The notes under the pieces were generated by a model. The model was not told where the DNA came from and made no database searches. It saw only the letters and a list, made by a program, of their open reading frames with translations. The position numbers and the translations under genes were made by a program. A stretch of 64,000 bases of DNA from Limnohabitans sp. (GTDB lineage Bacteria > Pseudomonadota > Gammaproteobacteria > Burkholderiales > Burkholderiaceae_C). This document shows positions 1-8,380 of this stretch, piece by piece. The stretch's first letter is position 1. Every line of letters starts with the position of its first letter. The DNA lies in contig VERE01000001.1 of the NCBI GenBank assembly GCA_018882835.1, positions 108,271 through 172,270 on the forward strand, given 5' to 3'.

Positions 1-344
1 ACCATTTGGCCATGCATCTGACCCACCATCGGAACATGGTCATCCTGACGGGCTTTCAAGCGCCCGGCACGCGGGGCGCCACCTTGGCCGGTGGCGGGGC
101 GTTCCTGCGCATTCATGGGCAAGACGTTCCTGTAAAAGCCGAGGTGGTCTCGCTGAGTTCTGCTTCGGCCCATGCAGATCGCACGCAGCTTCTGGCTTGG
201 CTTCAAAGTCTGAAGCGGGCACCGGACCAGGTGTACATCGTTCATGGGGAACGCGGCGCCAGTGACGCTTTGCGACAAGACATTGAACATCAGCTGAAGT
301 GGCGGGCTAGGGTGCCCGAACATGGCAGCACTTGGCCGGCCTGA
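1..344 (+). CDS. MBL-fold/beta-CASP metallo-hydrolase (RNA-processing type), 3' part only
   Basis: C-terminal motifs GFQAPGT, SAHAD and VHGE typical of beta-CASP nucleases; frame runs off the left edge. Confidence 0.85.
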   Translation, partial: HLAMHLTHHRNMVILTGFQAPGTRGATLAGGGAFLRIHGQDVPVKAEVVSLSSASAHADRTQLLAWLQSLKRAPDQVYIVHGERGASDALRQDIEHQLKWRARVPEHGSTWPA

Positions 345-348
345 ACCC

Positions 349-1965
349 ATGTGGCGCAAACCCTGCTCACCGATGCACATGGTGCTGCTGGTCAGCCTGT
401 GGCTGGCCACAGTAGGCAACCCTGCTTTGTGGCTGGCTTTGTGGCGCTTGCCCGATGTGTCGGGTCTGCGAGGCGCATTGTTTGGTGTGGTGTTTGTGCT
501 CATCGTGGCCAGTGCCGTTGCCGCGCTTTCCGCCTGGGTGACTTGGCGCTGGTCGGTCAAAGTATGGCTTTCTTGGCTGGTGTTGGTGGCGGGCTTTTCC
601 ACCCATTACATGCACACCTATGGCATCGTGGTCGACACCCCCATGGTCACCAATGTGCTGCAAACCGACTGGCGTGAGTCGCGTGACCAGCTGAGCTGGC
701 GTTTGGCATGGACAGTCGCCTTGCTGAGCGGTCCGGCCTTGTGGCTGATATGGCGCGTGCCATTGAAGCGCATTTCACTGGGACGCCAATTTCTGCATAA
801 CCTGGCGCTGTTTGCAGGGGGTCTGATCGCTTGCGTTTTGTTGACCCTGTCGGTTTTCCAGGACTTTTCCTCCCTGATGCGCAACCATACCCAATTGCGC
901 TACCTCATCAACCCCTTGAATGCGGTGTACGCGCTGGGAGAAATTGCCTTCATCCCCACGCAGCGGGACCGACGTTTGCAGCCACTGGGAGAAGACGCTC
1001 GCATTGTGCGTTCAGCCAAAGCAGAGGCGCCCCTTTTCCTACTGGTGATTGGCGAGACGGCACGCAGCGGCAATTTTTCACTGAACGGCTATGCGAGAAA
1101 CACCAACCCAAAATTGGCTCAGGAAAACGTGCAAAGTTTCCGCAACGTGATGGCCTGCGGCACCAGCACGGCGGCTTCTTTGCCTTGCATGTTTTCCCAC
1201 TTGGGCAAAGAGGCGTTTGAAGCGCGCCAGCATGATTTCGAGAATTTGCTCGATGTGTTGCAACGAGCGGGCTATGCGGTTCTTTGGCTGGACAACCAAT
1301 CAGGGTGCAAAGGCTTGTGCAACCGCATTCCCCACGCCAACACCAGCGAGCTGAAGCACCCTCGCCTGTGTTCCGGCGGCGAGTGCCTTGACGAAATCAT
1401 GTTGGAGCGCTTGCCCAGCCTGATCGATGACTTGCCCGCAGAGCGCCGCGCCAAGGGCACGGTGGTGGTCCTGCACCCAATGGGGAGCCATGGCCCGGCC
1501 TACAGCCGTCGCTCGCCGGCGGCCTTCAAAGTCTTTCAGCCGGAATGCACCAGCAAGACTTTGGCTAACTGTCGGCGTGAAGAAGTGGTGAACGCCTACG
1601 ACAACAGCATTGTCTATACCGACCATGTGCTGGCCGAATTGATTGGCTGGCTGAAAAAACAAAACCAGCGCCCCACCAGCCTGCTGTACATCGCGGACCA
1701 TGGCGAATCTTTGGGCGAAAACAATTTGTATTTGCACGGCCTGCCCTACGCGATCGCACCGGAAGTCCAAAAAAAGGTGCCACTGATCACCTGGTTCTCG
1801 CCTGCTTTTTCACAACAACTCGCTTTGGACACGCAATGTGTCGAGGGCTTAAAAAATCAAGCGTGGCACCATGACCACCTGTTTCACACCGTTTTGGGAA
1901 TGATGCAGGTCCAGACTGCCGCCTACCAGGCTGCGCTTGACATGTTCAAAGCGTGTCGCCGCTGA
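349..1965 (+). CDS. eptA: Lipid A phosphoethanolamine transferase
   Basis: N-terminal TM helices, then sulfatase-fold motifs IGETAR, CGTSTA.SLPCMFS, GSHGPAY, YDNSI.YTD, DHGESLGE. Confidence 0.9.
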   Translation: MWRKPCSPMHMVLLVSLWLATVGNPALWLALWRLPDVSGLRGALFGVVFVLIVASAVAALSAWVTWRWSVKVWLSWLVLVAGFSTHYMHTYGIVVDTPMVTNVLQTDWRESRDQLSWRLAWTVALLSGPALWLIWRVPLKRISLGRQFLHNLALFAGGLIACVLLTLSVFQDFSSLMRNHTQLRYLINPLNAVYALGEIAFIPTQRDRRLQPLGEDARIVRSAKAEAPLFLLVIGETARSGNFSLNGYARNTNPKLAQENVQSFRNVMACGTSTAASLPCMFSHLGKEAFEARQHDFENLLDVLQRAGYAVLWLDNQSGCKGLCNRIPHANTSELKHPRLCSGGECLDEIMLERLPSLIDDLPAERRAKGTVVVLHPMGSHGPAYSRRSPAAFKVFQPECTSKTLANCRREEVVNAYDNSIVYTDHVLAELIGWLKKQNQRPTSLLYIADHGESLGENNLYLHGLPYAIAPEVQKKVPLITWFSPAFSQQLALDTQCVEGLKNQAWHHDHLFHTVLGMMQVQTAAYQAALDMFKACRR

Positions 1966-3040
1966 ACAAACTGCGCTGGCCATTCTGGGATGGGTGTTGA
2001 AAGCGTGAAAACTCCAGCTCAAAACGCTCTCGGTTGAGTTGCAAACGCTGGCAAGCCTTGGCGAAACGCTGCGCCAACAAATCGGACCAGAGGCCTGTCC
2101 CTCTTTGACGTTGTCCGAAGGTGGCATCGTAATCTTTGCCACCTCGCATCTCTTGTATGCGCGCCATCACGCGCTCTGCGCGTTGCGGATAGTGCTGCTG
2201 CAGCCATTGCCTGAAAAGTGGCGCCACCTCCCATGGCAGTCGCAAGATGGCATAAAAAGCGCGCTGCGCTCCCGCCGCTTTCGCCGCCTGAAGGCAGGCT
2301 TCCATGTCATCGTTGAGAAAAGGGATCTGTGGTGCCAGGCTCACCCCCACTGGTATCCCAGCCTGCGACAACTGTTGAATCAATCGCAAGCGGCGCGCTG
2401 GCGCCGCCGCTCGAGGCTCCATCAGACGCGCCAGCCGGTTGTCAAGAGTGGTCAGCGTGACATACACAGCCACAGTCCCAACTTTGGCCAGCGATGCCAA
2501 CAGGTCCAGGTCGCGCTCGATGGCACTGCCCTTGGTCACCAAGGAAAAAGGGTGACCGCATGCTCCCAGCACTTCCAGAAGTTGGCGCGTCAGTCCCAAC
2601 TTGCGCTCGATCGGCTGGTAAGCATCGGTCACCGTGCCAATCGCCAAAGCCTGCGGCACATATCGTGGGTTGGACAACTCTTCTTGCAACAGCTCGGGCA
2701 AATTGGTTTTGGCAATCAGCTTCTGCTCAAAATCCAGCCCGGGTGACAAGCCTAGGTAACTGTGTGATGGCCTGGCATAGCAGTAACTGCAACCATGCTC
2801 GCACCCACGGTAGGGGTTCAAACTGAGGTCGAAGCCAATGTCGGGGGAATTGTTACGCGTCAAGGCACTGCGCGCCATCTCGAAACGCACTTCCGTGTGA
2901 GGACTGACGGGCGCTTCATTGTCCTCAGGCCAATCGTCATGCACAGCCTCGCGTGACCATTGCTCAAAGCGATGTGGCAACGCCACAAGACTGCCACGGC
3001 CTTTCAGAAGATGAGGTGTTGTTAAAAACTTGACATCCAC
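1946..3040 (-). CDS. PA0069/SplB-like radical SAM protein (putative DNA repair)
   Basis: NPYRGCEHGCSYCYAR (CxxxCxxC), SPGLDFE and TDAYQPIE motifs; GTG start. Confidence 0.88.
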   Translation of the reverse strand: MDVKFLTTPHLLKGRGSLVALPHRFEQWSREAVHDDWPEDNEAPVSPHTEVRFEMARSALTRNNSPDIGFDLSLNPYRGCEHGCSYCYARPSHSYLGLSPGLDFEQKLIAKTNLPELLQEELSNPRYVPQALAIGTVTDAYQPIERKLGLTRQLLEVLGACGHPFSLVTKGSAIERDLDLLASLAKVGTVAVYVTLTTLDNRLARLMEPRAAAPARRLRLIQQLSQAGIPVGVSLAPQIPFLNDDMEACLQAAKAAGAQRAFYAILRLPWEVAPLFRQWLQQHYPQRAERVMARIQEMRGGKDYDATFGQRQRGTGLWSDLLAQRFAKACQRLQLNRERFELEFSRFQHPSQNGQRSLFSGDTL

Positions 3041-3044
3041 AATA

Positions 3045-3060
3045 CTGTTATTTTATACAG
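3045..3060. promoter_or_regulatory. LexA (SOS) box
   Basis: CTGTTATTTTATACAG = CTGT-N8-ACAG, inside a larger palindrome CACAATACTGT-N8-ACAGTATTGTG (3038-3067), 4 bp upstream of the radical SAM start. Confidence 0.88.
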
Positions 3061-3074
3061 TATTGTGAAAGGGA

Positions 3075-3180
3075 GGGGGTCAGGTCTTGAGTTTTGCCTT
3101 TTTTCTGTGGATAACTACAAATGCTTGCGAACCAACTGAGTTATCCACAGAAAAAAGGCAAAACTCAAGACCTGACCCCC
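3075..3180. repeat. Palindromic REP/MITE-like element, full copy A, two inverted DnaA boxes
   Basis: Perfect 42-bp inverted arms (3075-3116, 3139-3180) and 22-nt spacer; TGTGGATAA 3106-3114 and TTATCCACA 3141-3149; arms match the copy at 37080-37183. Confidence 0.95.
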
Positions 3181-3183
3181 ATT

Positions 3184-3723
3184 TCACATAAAGCGATCGA
3201 GGAGCTTGCGAGTTTGGCGGTCCATTGAAGGTAAGTGGCGAATTAAAAACTGGACGCCATGCGCATCGGCGACGATCAGGGTGTTGGCGCTCAGGCGTCG
3301 AATGTCTTCTTCGCCCTTCAACACGAAGTCTGTCGGCCCGCGATCGGTTTGCACTGACCAGACGCTTGGGGTTGCAAAACTGCTGACCCGATCGAGTCGC
3401 TGTATTTCGGGCATGAACTCGCGCCCGATCAATGCTTTTTCAAGCACGGAACGCTGCGATTCGGGCAGCGCGTCCAAGCGATCGATCCAGACCAATTCCC
3501 GGCCCTCGGCGCTGAGGATGGATACCGCCTCCATGGGGGCGGCGATCGGAAATGCGCGCACCACCACCACACGCTCGTGAACGCTGCCATCATCCAGCTT
3601 GAGCATCCAAACACCCAGCGGGCTGCACGTCAGCTCGAAGTCTCGGCGGGGTGCTTGCTCACTCGCACTCAGTTCTTCTGGGACGGCTTGCCTGGCAAGG
3701 TGAGCTTGTTTCAAAGGGCTCAT
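3184..3723 (-). CDS. DUF1854 family protein (cyanophycin-locus associated)
   Basis: VVRAFPI, REFMPEI, W.V.TDRG, LKGEEDIRRL motifs; 4-bp overlap with the ABC gene. Confidence 0.8.
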   Translation of the reverse strand: MSPLKQAHLARQAVPEELSASEQAPRRDFELTCSPLGVWMLKLDDGSVHERVVVVRAFPIAAPMEAVSILSAEGRELVWIDRLDALPESQRSVLEKALIGREFMPEIQRLDRVSSFATPSVWSVQTDRGPTDFVLKGEEDIRRLSANTLIVADAHGVQFLIRHLPSMDRQTRKLLDRFM

Positions 3724-6011
3724 GCATCCTCCTCGTCGGGAACAGCAAGGGCCACTCGGTCGGCCTCGGCCTGTCTGGCCTGTGCTTCGTACAAACGCCA
3801 GTAGGCGCCGCGGCGACGCATCAAATCGTCATGCTGCCCCTCTTCGACCAACTGGCCCTGCTCCATCACCACCAATCGGTCGGCGCGTTGCAGGGTGGAC
3901 AATCTGTGCGCAATGGCAATGGTGGTTCGCCCCTGAACCAGATTGTCCAGGGCGCGTTGAATTTCCTGCTCGGTTTCTGTATCGACTGACGAAGTGGCCT
4001 CGTCAAGAATCAGGATGCGAGGGTTGATCAGCAACGCGCGGGCAATGGAAATGCGCTGGCGTTCACCCCCCGACAGCCCCTGACCACGCTCCCCCACCAA
4101 AGAGTCATACCCTTGCGGCAAACGCAGGATGAAGTCATGCGCATGCGCGGCTCGGGCAGCGGCCACAATTTCCTCGCGCGTGGCTTCTGGCTTGCCGTAA
4201 GCAATGTTGTCTGCAATGGTGCCAAAAAACAGAAACGGCTCCTGCAACACCAGGCCAATGTGACGTCGGAACTCCTGCAAAGGCAAATTGCGAATGTCGA
4301 CGCCATCGACCCGAATGGCCCCTTCGCTCAAATCGTAAAAGCGGCAGATCAGGTTGACCAGCGTGCTTTTGCCAGAGCCGCTTTGCCCCACCAGACCGAT
4401 CATTTCGCCAGGCTGAATTTGCAGGTTCAGGCCGCGAATCACGGCGCGGTTGCCGTATCGAAAACCAGCGTCTTCCAAGTCGATGCGTCCCTCGACGTGT
4501 TTCAGATGCACGGGCTGGGTGGGCTCTGGCACGCTGGACACATGGTCCAGAATTTCAAAAATGCGCTTGGCGCCAGCAGCCGCTTTTTGCGTGTGCGAAA
4601 CAATGCGGCTCATTGAATCCAGGCGGGTATAAAAGCGACCGATGTAGGCCAGGAACGCGGTCAGCACACCCACGGTGACATGGTTGTTGGCCACTTGCCA
4701 GATACCAAACGCCCAGACCACCAGCAAGCCCACCTCGGTCATCAAGGTCACGGTGGGAGAAAACAAGGACCACAGCAAATTGATGCGATCGTTGACGGCC
4801 AAATTGTGTCGGTTCGCCTCGCGAAAACGCGCAGCCTCGCGTTTCTCCTGGGCAAAAGCCTTCACCACGCGGATCCCGGGAATGGTGTCCGCCAGCACAT
4901 TGGTCAACTCCGACCAGACGCGGTCGATTTTTTCAAACCCCGTGCGCAACCGATCGCGCACTTGGTGGATCAGCCAGGCGATGAAAGGCAATGGCAGCAA
5001 GGTGGCCAAAGCCAGGCCGGGATCGATGGTGAAGAGAATGATGGCGGTCATCAAGATCATCAGCACATCGGTGGCAAAGTCCAGCAAGTGCATGGACAGG
5101 AACAAGCACAGGCGATCGGTCTCGGCGCCAATGCGCGTCATGAGATCGCCTGTGCGACGCCCGCCGAAATACTCCAGCGACAACTTCATCAGATGCTCAT
5201 AGGCGGTAGTACGCAGGTCTGCGCCAATGCGCTCCGACACCAGCGCCAGGATGTAGGTTTTGAGCCACCCCAACCCCCAGGCCAGCAAGGCAGCCACAAA
5301 CAGGCCACCCAGGTACATCGCTACCACTTGCGTTTCGATTTGCTTGCCGTTCTGAAACGGAATCAGCACCTCATCCATCAACGGCATGGTCATGTAGGGC
5401 GGGACCAAGGTTGCTGCCGTGGAGGCCAGAGTCAGCAAGAAACCCGTCAACAACTGTTTTTTATAGGGCTTGGCAAAACGCCACAGACGGAACAAGCCCC
5501 AGGTCGAGGGCGGCGTGTGGACCTCACGGGTACAAACGGCACAAGGATCACCCGGGTTTTCCAAGGGCAGCTTGCATTGGGGACAACGCGGCGTTTCAAG
5601 TTCGACCATGGGCTGGCCACTTCGCAGCAACGCCTCGCGAGCATTCCAGACCTCTTGCAGGCGCATGGCCAATACATTGTGGCCAAGGGTGAAACGCCAC
5701 TGGGCCAGCCTTTGCTGCTCGTCGACCAATGCCAGATGCCCGACCCCTGCATGGTCGTGGTGGGTCAAGGTTCGACCAGACACCAAGGCCCACTCGGACC
5801 ATGCAACCGATCGGTCTGGCGCCTGGCTGCCACTGAACAGTCGCTGGTCTGTCACAATCAGCAAACTGCGCTCAAAATGCAGTTGTGCATTCAAGTCAAC
5901 CTCTAGCCAGGCTAGAACGTTTTCATGAGGGGACAACTGCGATTGGACCGACGATCGCCAGCCTTCAGGCAAATCAACCAAAGCTGGAACTGGCGTGTAA
6001 GAAGAACTCAT
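3720..6011 (-). CDS. ABC exporter (TMD+NBD fusion) with extra N-terminal domain and Zn ribbon
   Basis: Walker A GQSGSGKS, signature LSGGERQR, Walker B ILILDEATS; TM domain; CxxC-x10-CxxC; ATG at 6011 preferred over 6158. Confidence 0.92.
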   Translation of the reverse strand: MSSSYTPVPALVDLPEGWRSSVQSQLSPHENVLAWLEVDLNAQLHFERSLLIVTDQRLFSGSQAPDRSVAWSEWALVSGRTLTHHDHAGVGHLALVDEQQRLAQWRFTLGHNVLAMRLQEVWNAREALLRSGQPMVELETPRCPQCKLPLENPGDPCAVCTREVHTPPSTWGLFRLWRFAKPYKKQLLTGFLLTLASTAATLVPPYMTMPLMDEVLIPFQNGKQIETQVVAMYLGGLFVAALLAWGLGWLKTYILALVSERIGADLRTTAYEHLMKLSLEYFGGRRTGDLMTRIGAETDRLCLFLSMHLLDFATDVLMILMTAIILFTIDPGLALATLLPLPFIAWLIHQVRDRLRTGFEKIDRVWSELTNVLADTIPGIRVVKAFAQEKREAARFREANRHNLAVNDRINLLWSLFSPTVTLMTEVGLLVVWAFGIWQVANNHVTVGVLTAFLAYIGRFYTRLDSMSRIVSHTQKAAAGAKRIFEILDHVSSVPEPTQPVHLKHVEGRIDLEDAGFRYGNRAVIRGLNLQIQPGEMIGLVGQSGSGKSTLVNLICRFYDLSEGAIRVDGVDIRNLPLQEFRRHIGLVLQEPFLFFGTIADNIAYGKPEATREEIVAAARAAHAHDFILRLPQGYDSLVGERGQGLSGGERQRISIARALLINPRILILDEATSSVDTETEQEIQRALDNLVQGRTTIAIAHRLSTLQRADRLVVMEQGQLVEEGQHDDLMRRRGAYWRLYEAQARQAEADRVALAVPDEEDA

Positions 6012-6175
6012 TCTTGGATAGCAACCTGTGCAACAAAATGGATCGCACTGGCCGAAAAAAAAGACAGGAACCTGGTTGAAACCATGGTTCCATAACGTTT
6101 CAGATTGTAGCCGCGGCGACAACGGCGCAGGTTTTTCTTTCCCTGCCACCCCCTCCAAATAACACCAAAGTCAAC

Positions 6176-8380
6176 ATGTCATTCCAGGACATTCAATTTC
6201 TCCGCATGCGTCACGTTCGCGGGCCCAACGTCTGGACCTACGTGCCGATCATCGAATCCTGGGTAGACCTGGGCGAACTGGAGGACCATCCCTCCAACAC
6301 CATCCCGGGTTACTACGAGCGACTGAGCACCTGGCTGCCCGGCCTTATCGAGCACCGCTGCGGAGTGGGTGAGCGTGGTGGCTTTCTCATGCGGCTCAAA
6401 GGAGGAACCTGGGCCGGACACGTCATGGAACACGTCTGCCTCGAGTTGCAGTCACTGGCCGGCCTGGACGCCGGCTTTGGCAAAGCCCGCGAGACCAGCC
6501 AGCGTGGCATCTACAAGGTGGTGGTCAGTGCTCCCGAGGAGCAAATTGGCATCACCAGCATCAAGGCAGCCCGCGACCTCGTCATGGCAGCCATGAACGA
6601 CAAACCTTTTGACGTCAATGCCATTATTGAAGAACTCAAGGACATGGTGGACACGCGGTGCCTGGGCCCCAGCACGGGATGCATTGTGGAAGCGGCCAAA
6701 GCCCGGAAAATCCCATCGATCCGGCTGACCGATGGCAACCTGGTCCAAATGGGTTACGGCGCTCGCCAGCGTCGCATCTGGACGGCTGAAAGCGACCGCA
6801 CCAGCGCCATCGCAGAAAGCATTTCCAGCGACAAGGACCTGACCAAGCAGTTGCTGCGCCAGTGCGGTATCCCCATTCCAGAAGGGCAGATCGTGGCCAA
6901 CCCCGAGGAGGCCTGGGAAGCTGCGCAAGACATTGGCCTGCCTGTCGTGGTCAAACCCAGCGATGCCAACCACGGCCGGGGCGTGTCACTGAACCTCAAA
7001 ACACAGCCCGACATAGAAGCCGCGTTTCACGTCGCCAAAGAAAAAGGCAGCCACGTCATTGTGGAGCGTTACATCCAGGGCGAAGAGCACCGCCTGCTGG
7101 TGGTGGGCGACCGGATGGTGGCAGCTTCTCGCGGCGAAACGGCCACCATCACGGGAGATGGTCAATCGACCGTTCTGGAGCTGATTGAAAGCCAAATCAA
7201 CTCTGACCCAAGACGTGGTATCGAACAAGAATTCGTGCTGGACAAGATTCGCCTCGACCGCCAACCCCATGCTGTGCTGGAATTGCAGCGCCAAGGGCTG
7301 ACTGCCTCGTCTGTGGTTGAAAAGAACCGCGTCGTCATTGTTCAACGCAATGGCAACATGAACAACGATGTGACCGACAAGGTTCACCCCGAAGTGGCGG
7401 CAATGGTTACCCTGGCCTCGCGCGTGGTCGGTCTGGACATTGCCGGCATCGATCTGGTGACCCAAGACATTTCTCGCCCGCTGCATGAACAAGGCGGGGC
7501 GATTGTTGAAGTCAATGCCGGCCCGGGACTTCTGATGCACCTCAAACCTGCCACGGGGCAACCCCGACCTGTCGGCCGTGCAATCGTGGAGCACCTCTTT
7601 GGCCCCTCCGACAACGGGCGCATTCCCATTGTGGGGGTGGCGGGTAGCCAACAAACCTGTCAACTCTCGCAGCTGATCAGCTGGCTGCTTCATTTGTCAG
7701 GGCGCCGCACTGGCCTGGCCTGTGAAGAAGGCCTGTACATGGACCAACGACGCGTAGAGGCGCAAGACGGACGGCTGTTTGACCGCGCCGAACGGCTGCT
7801 GATCAACCGGTCGTTGGATGCCGCCGTGTTTGAAACCACACCGCGCAACATCATCGAGGATGGCCTCCCCTACGACCGCTGCCTGGTCGGCGTGGTCACC
7901 AACCTGCCCTCTGCCACCGGATTGGAAGACCATGACATTTTGACGCCCGACCAAGTCCGCCAGATTATTCGGACCCAAGTGGACGTGGTGGTCCCTGAAG
8001 GCGTTGCCGTGTTGAATGCCGACGATGCTGTGGTGGCCGATCTGGCGGAACTCAGCGATGGCGAAGTCATCTTCTACAGCACAGAAACCGATTCCGCGGT
8101 ACTGGCCGAACATCGCAAGCAAGGCCGTCGTGCCGTCTATTGCCGCGAGGGCCATGTGGTCCTGGCACGGGGCGATCAGGAAACCCAGTTGTTCCACCTC
8201 GACTTGGCGCCGATCGCAAAGCGACTGAAGCAAGACGGCTTGCAGCTGAGCACCTTGCTGGCTGCCGTCGCAACGGGGTGGGCACTCGATGTACCGCCCC
8301 TGTTGATTCGCGCCGGACTCAAAAATTTTGGCCAAAAACATGCGGCCACACCCTCTGACCTGACAAGGACGCCTGCCTGA
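6176..8380 (+). CDS. cphA': Cyanophycin synthetase-like paralog (CphA3'-type, short)
   Basis: RGPNVW start, N-domain C-x19-HVMEH, ATP-grasp (VVKPSDANHGRGV, EVNAGPG), degenerate and truncated Mur-ligase domain. Confidence 0.88.
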   Translation: MSFQDIQFLRMRHVRGPNVWTYVPIIESWVDLGELEDHPSNTIPGYYERLSTWLPGLIEHRCGVGERGGFLMRLKGGTWAGHVMEHVCLELQSLAGLDAGFGKARETSQRGIYKVVVSAPEEQIGITSIKAARDLVMAAMNDKPFDVNAIIEELKDMVDTRCLGPSTGCIVEAAKARKIPSIRLTDGNLVQMGYGARQRRIWTAESDRTSAIAESISSDKDLTKQLLRQCGIPIPEGQIVANPEEAWEAAQDIGLPVVVKPSDANHGRGVSLNLKTQPDIEAAFHVAKEKGSHVIVERYIQGEEHRLLVVGDRMVAASRGETATITGDGQSTVLELIESQINSDPRRGIEQEFVLDKIRLDRQPHAVLELQRQGLTASSVVEKNRVVIVQRNGNMNNDVTDKVHPEVAAMVTLASRVVGLDIAGIDLVTQDISRPLHEQGGAIVEVNAGPGLLMHLKPATGQPRPVGRAIVEHLFGPSDNGRIPIVGVAGSQQTCQLSQLISWLLHLSGRRTGLACEEGLYMDQRRVEAQDGRLFDRAERLLINRSLDAAVFETTPRNIIEDGLPYDRCLVGVVTNLPSATGLEDHDILTPDQVRQIIRTQVDVVVPEGVAVLNADDAVVADLAELSDGEVIFYSTETDSAVLAEHRKQGRRAVYCREGHVVLARGDQETQLFHLDLAPIAKRLKQDGLQLSTLLAAVATGWALDVPPLLIRAGLKNFGQKHAATPSDLTRTPA

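Noticed and set aside
3075-3180. Replication origin (oriC) suggested by the DnaA boxes
   Set aside because: Only two boxes per site, duplicated at distant loci, with no AT-rich unwinding region and no dnaA/parAB/gidA context
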